The notes below the pieces were generated by a model, which was given only the letters and a program-made list of their open reading frames with translations, ran no database searches and had not been told where the DNA came from. A program made the translations under genes and the position numbers. Below, piece after piece: positions 40,223 through 41,745 of a DNA stretch of 41,745 nt. Position 1 is the stretch's first letter. Every line of letters starts with the position of its first letter. The stretch covers positions 1 to 41,745 of IMG/VR virus record IMGVR_UViG_3300045988_173571. One strand, 5' to 3'. This DNA comes from a virus.

Positions 40223-40576
40223 ATGATGAGCAAACAAGAAACTATTAACGAAGCAAAAAAATTATTAGGTGAAACAATTGATTTATTTGCAATTGACACT
40301 GAAATGGTAAAACTAGGTGGAAAATCTATTTTCGATTATGAAGATGGTGAAAACTTGGTAGAAGATAAAAATCCATCATTCGCATTTTATGATAAAGAAG
40401 AAGACGAAGCGTATGATATAATGGTAGAATTTGTTTTTGTAAATAAAGAAGATGAAGCAAAAGCTAAATCAATCGTAGAAAAGTATTACAATGATGAAAT
40501 TGATGGTTCAGATTTATTTGACGAATTATTAGAAAATCATTTTGAAGTAAAAATTACAGCTGTTGATGAACTTTAA
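40223..40576 (+). CDS. Highly acidic small protein (117 aa; 33 Asp/Glu, 12 Lys, 0 Arg)
   Basis: RBS aagaggt. Residue counts made by hand from the translation. Confidence 0.7.
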   Translation: MMSKQETINEAKKLLGETIDLFAIDTEMVKLGGKSIFDYEDGENLVEDKNPSFAFYDKEEDEAYDIMVEFVFVNKEDEAKAKSIVEKYYNDEIDGSDLFDELLENHFEVKITAVDEL

Positions 40577-40584
40577 TAAAAAAA

Positions 40585-40612
40585 GGATATTACTAATGCC
40601 CTGGTAATATCC
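40585..40612. terminator. Hairpin H2 (bidirectional terminator form) sharing its core with H1
   Basis: ggatattac-taatgccct-ggtaatatcc, flanked by an A-run and T6. Confidence 0.7.
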
Positions 40613-40674
40613 TTTTTTGTTATAAAAATATTATAAATAAAATATAATAATACTATATTTTATAATTAATTGTA

Positions 40675-40683
40675 TGGTATAAT
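40675..40683 (+). promoter_or_regulatory. Extended -10 (TGgTATAAT) upstream of parA
   Basis: tgtatggtataat lies 24 nt before the parA ATG. Confidence 0.45.
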
Positions 40684-40706
40684 TATATTAAAAAGGTGGT
40701 AGAATT

Positions 40707-41423
40707 ATGATAATTAGTATTGTAAACCAAAAAGGCGGTGTTGGTAAAACTACTACTGCCCAAAACCTAGCAGCAGGACTAAGAAAATTTTATAAAAAGA
40801 AAGTCTTGCTAATTGACCTAGATTCACAATGCAATTTATCTAATGCAGAAAATTGCATGAATAATAAGTATAATATTTTCGATATGCTCACAGAAGAAAC
40901 AGCTGTAGATGAGTGTATCCAAAACGATATGATTGCTGGCTCGCCTGATATCGTAAAAATTCAAGGTGGTGCAGGATATGAATTTATCTTGCACGATTTA
41001 CTCATGCCCATAAAAGATAAATATGACTACATCATTATTGATACAGCTCCAGCACTTGGAATTACTACAATTAATGCTTTATGTGCGAGTGATTATATAA
41101 TCATCACTGCCCATGCAGATACTTTTTCTGCACAGGGTATAAATATCTTGATAGAAAAAATACAAAAGGTGCAAGTAAAAATAATGGGTGTTCTTCTAAC
41201 TAGATTTAAAGCTAGAACTATAATAGCTCAAAACATATTAGAAGACTTAAAAATAAAAACAGTTGATTATGGAACAAGAGTTTTTGATACGCAAATAAGA
41301 GAATGCGTAGCTATTCCAGAAGCTCAAAACTTAAAGCAAAATATTTTCGATTATGCAAAATATAGTAATGCTGGTCGAGATTATAAAAGTTTCGTTAACG
41401 AGGTAATAAATTATGGCAAATAA
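40707..41423 (+). CDS. parA: Partition ATPase, small type Ib ParA
   Basis: Deviant Walker A NQKGGVGKTTT, IIIDTAP Walker B-like motif, 238 aa with no N-terminal HTH domain. Confidence 0.92.
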   Translation: MIISIVNQKGGVGKTTTAQNLAAGLRKFYKKKVLLIDLDSQCNLSNAENCMNNKYNIFDMLTEETAVDECIQNDMIAGSPDIVKIQGGAGYEFILHDLLMPIKDKYDYIIIDTAPALGITTINALCASDYIIITAHADTFSAQGINILIEKIQKVQVKIMGVLLTRFKARTIIAQNILEDLKIKTVDYGTRVFDTQIRECVAIPEAQNLKQNIFDYAKYSNAGRDYKSFVNEVINYGK

Positions 41424-41745
41424 AAAGTTCACTGTAGCATCGGAATTTTTCACAGATAAAAAACCGATCGAAGATAAAATTAAAAAACCAATACCAACAC
41501 CTACAAAAAATACTAAAAAAACAGTATTTCTCTATGTTACAGAAGAAATAAAAGCTCGTCTAAAAGATAAAGCTACTAGCGTAGGCAGAACAGTAACAGG
41601 CTACATTAAGCAGACTTTAAAAAAGAATATGTATAATGAGCTTAATGATGTAGAAAAACTGTTTAAACCACAAGGTAAAATATGTTTAAACCTTGATATG
41701 GATTTATATATCAAGGTAAAAGAAGAAGCTCAAAAACAAGACCGA
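41413..41745 (+). CDS. 5' part of the partition-partner ORF (tandem ribbon-helix-helix, ParG/CopG-like); continues at nt 56..109
   Basis: The ATG overlaps the end of parA by 11 nt. The first RHH unit is TVFLYVTEEIKARLKDKATSVGRTVTGYIKQTLKK. There is no stop before the window end. 128 codons in total across the junction. Confidence 0.7.
   Translation, partial: MANKKFTVASEFFTDKKPIEDKIKKPIPTPTKNTKKTVFLYVTEEIKARLKDKATSVGRTVTGYIKQTLKKNMYNELNDVEKLFKPQGKICLNLDMDLYIKVKEEAQKQDR
41691..41745. repeat. Terminal overlap, exact copy of 1..55
   Basis: Same 55-mer as the window start. Confidence 0.95.

Larger units (their letters stand above)
1..41745. mobile_element. Complete circular temperate podovirus-like phage / phage-plasmid genome (unique length 41,690 bp)
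   Basis: Identical 55-nt ends. Complete virion, lysis, lysogeny-switch, replication (HUH Rep) and partition (ParA) modules. No integrase-like ORF. Confidence 0.8.

Noticed and set aside
1-41745. An integrase/attP, transposase, tRNA, rRNA or CRISPR array.
   Set aside because: No ORF shows tyrosine or serine recombinase or transposase motifs. No cloverleaf-like sequence or regularly spaced repeat array was seen. tRNA absence should still be confirmed with tRNAscan-SE.

Overview
The window is AT-rich and its first and last 55 nt are identical, so it is a closed circle of 41,690 bp. I read it as a complete temperate, podovirus-like phage with a plasmid-type maintenance system (a phage-plasmid). 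No integrase, transposase, polymerase, tRNA, rRNA or CRISPR array is visible. There are three blocks. (1) One ~29.5-kb minus-strand late unit (32868 down to 3417) carries terS, terL, portal, scaffold, capsid, adaptor and nozzle. It also carries three internal/ejection proteins (including a 2,823-aa giant with two HExxH motifs), a pectate-lyase-type tailspike, a lipoprotein and a holin. An odd five-gene insert follows, then the endolysin and three small ORFs. (2) A minus-strand early unit (38199 down to 32981) starts from a consensus promoter inside a CI/Cro-like switch with three GTGTT-N3-AACAC operators. It encodes small ORFs, an HUH rolling-circle Rep, a radical SAM enzyme, a YopX protein, several Zn-ribbon mini-proteins and a terminal HTH protein. 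(3) A plus-strand lysogeny/maintenance block encodes an XRE repressor, a two-gene moron, an acidic 117-aa protein and a type Ib ParA. It also encodes a tandem ribbon-helix-helix partner that spans the circle junction, and a 565-aa AP2 protein with eight Zn-ribbon repeats. The items most worth follow-up are: a ~1.1-kb ORF-free stretch (389..1520) containing a ~700-nt GC-elevated, probably structured segment and a consensus-promoter sRNA; the poly-Zn-ribbon AP2 protein; the giant polyvalent-like ejection protein; a duplicated promoter-plus-leader-terminator element in front of terS and the endolysin; and the BclA-C-like / QN-rich / MQ-rich gene set inserted in the lysis cassette. All family assignments rest on motif recognition by eye and gene order, not on database searches.
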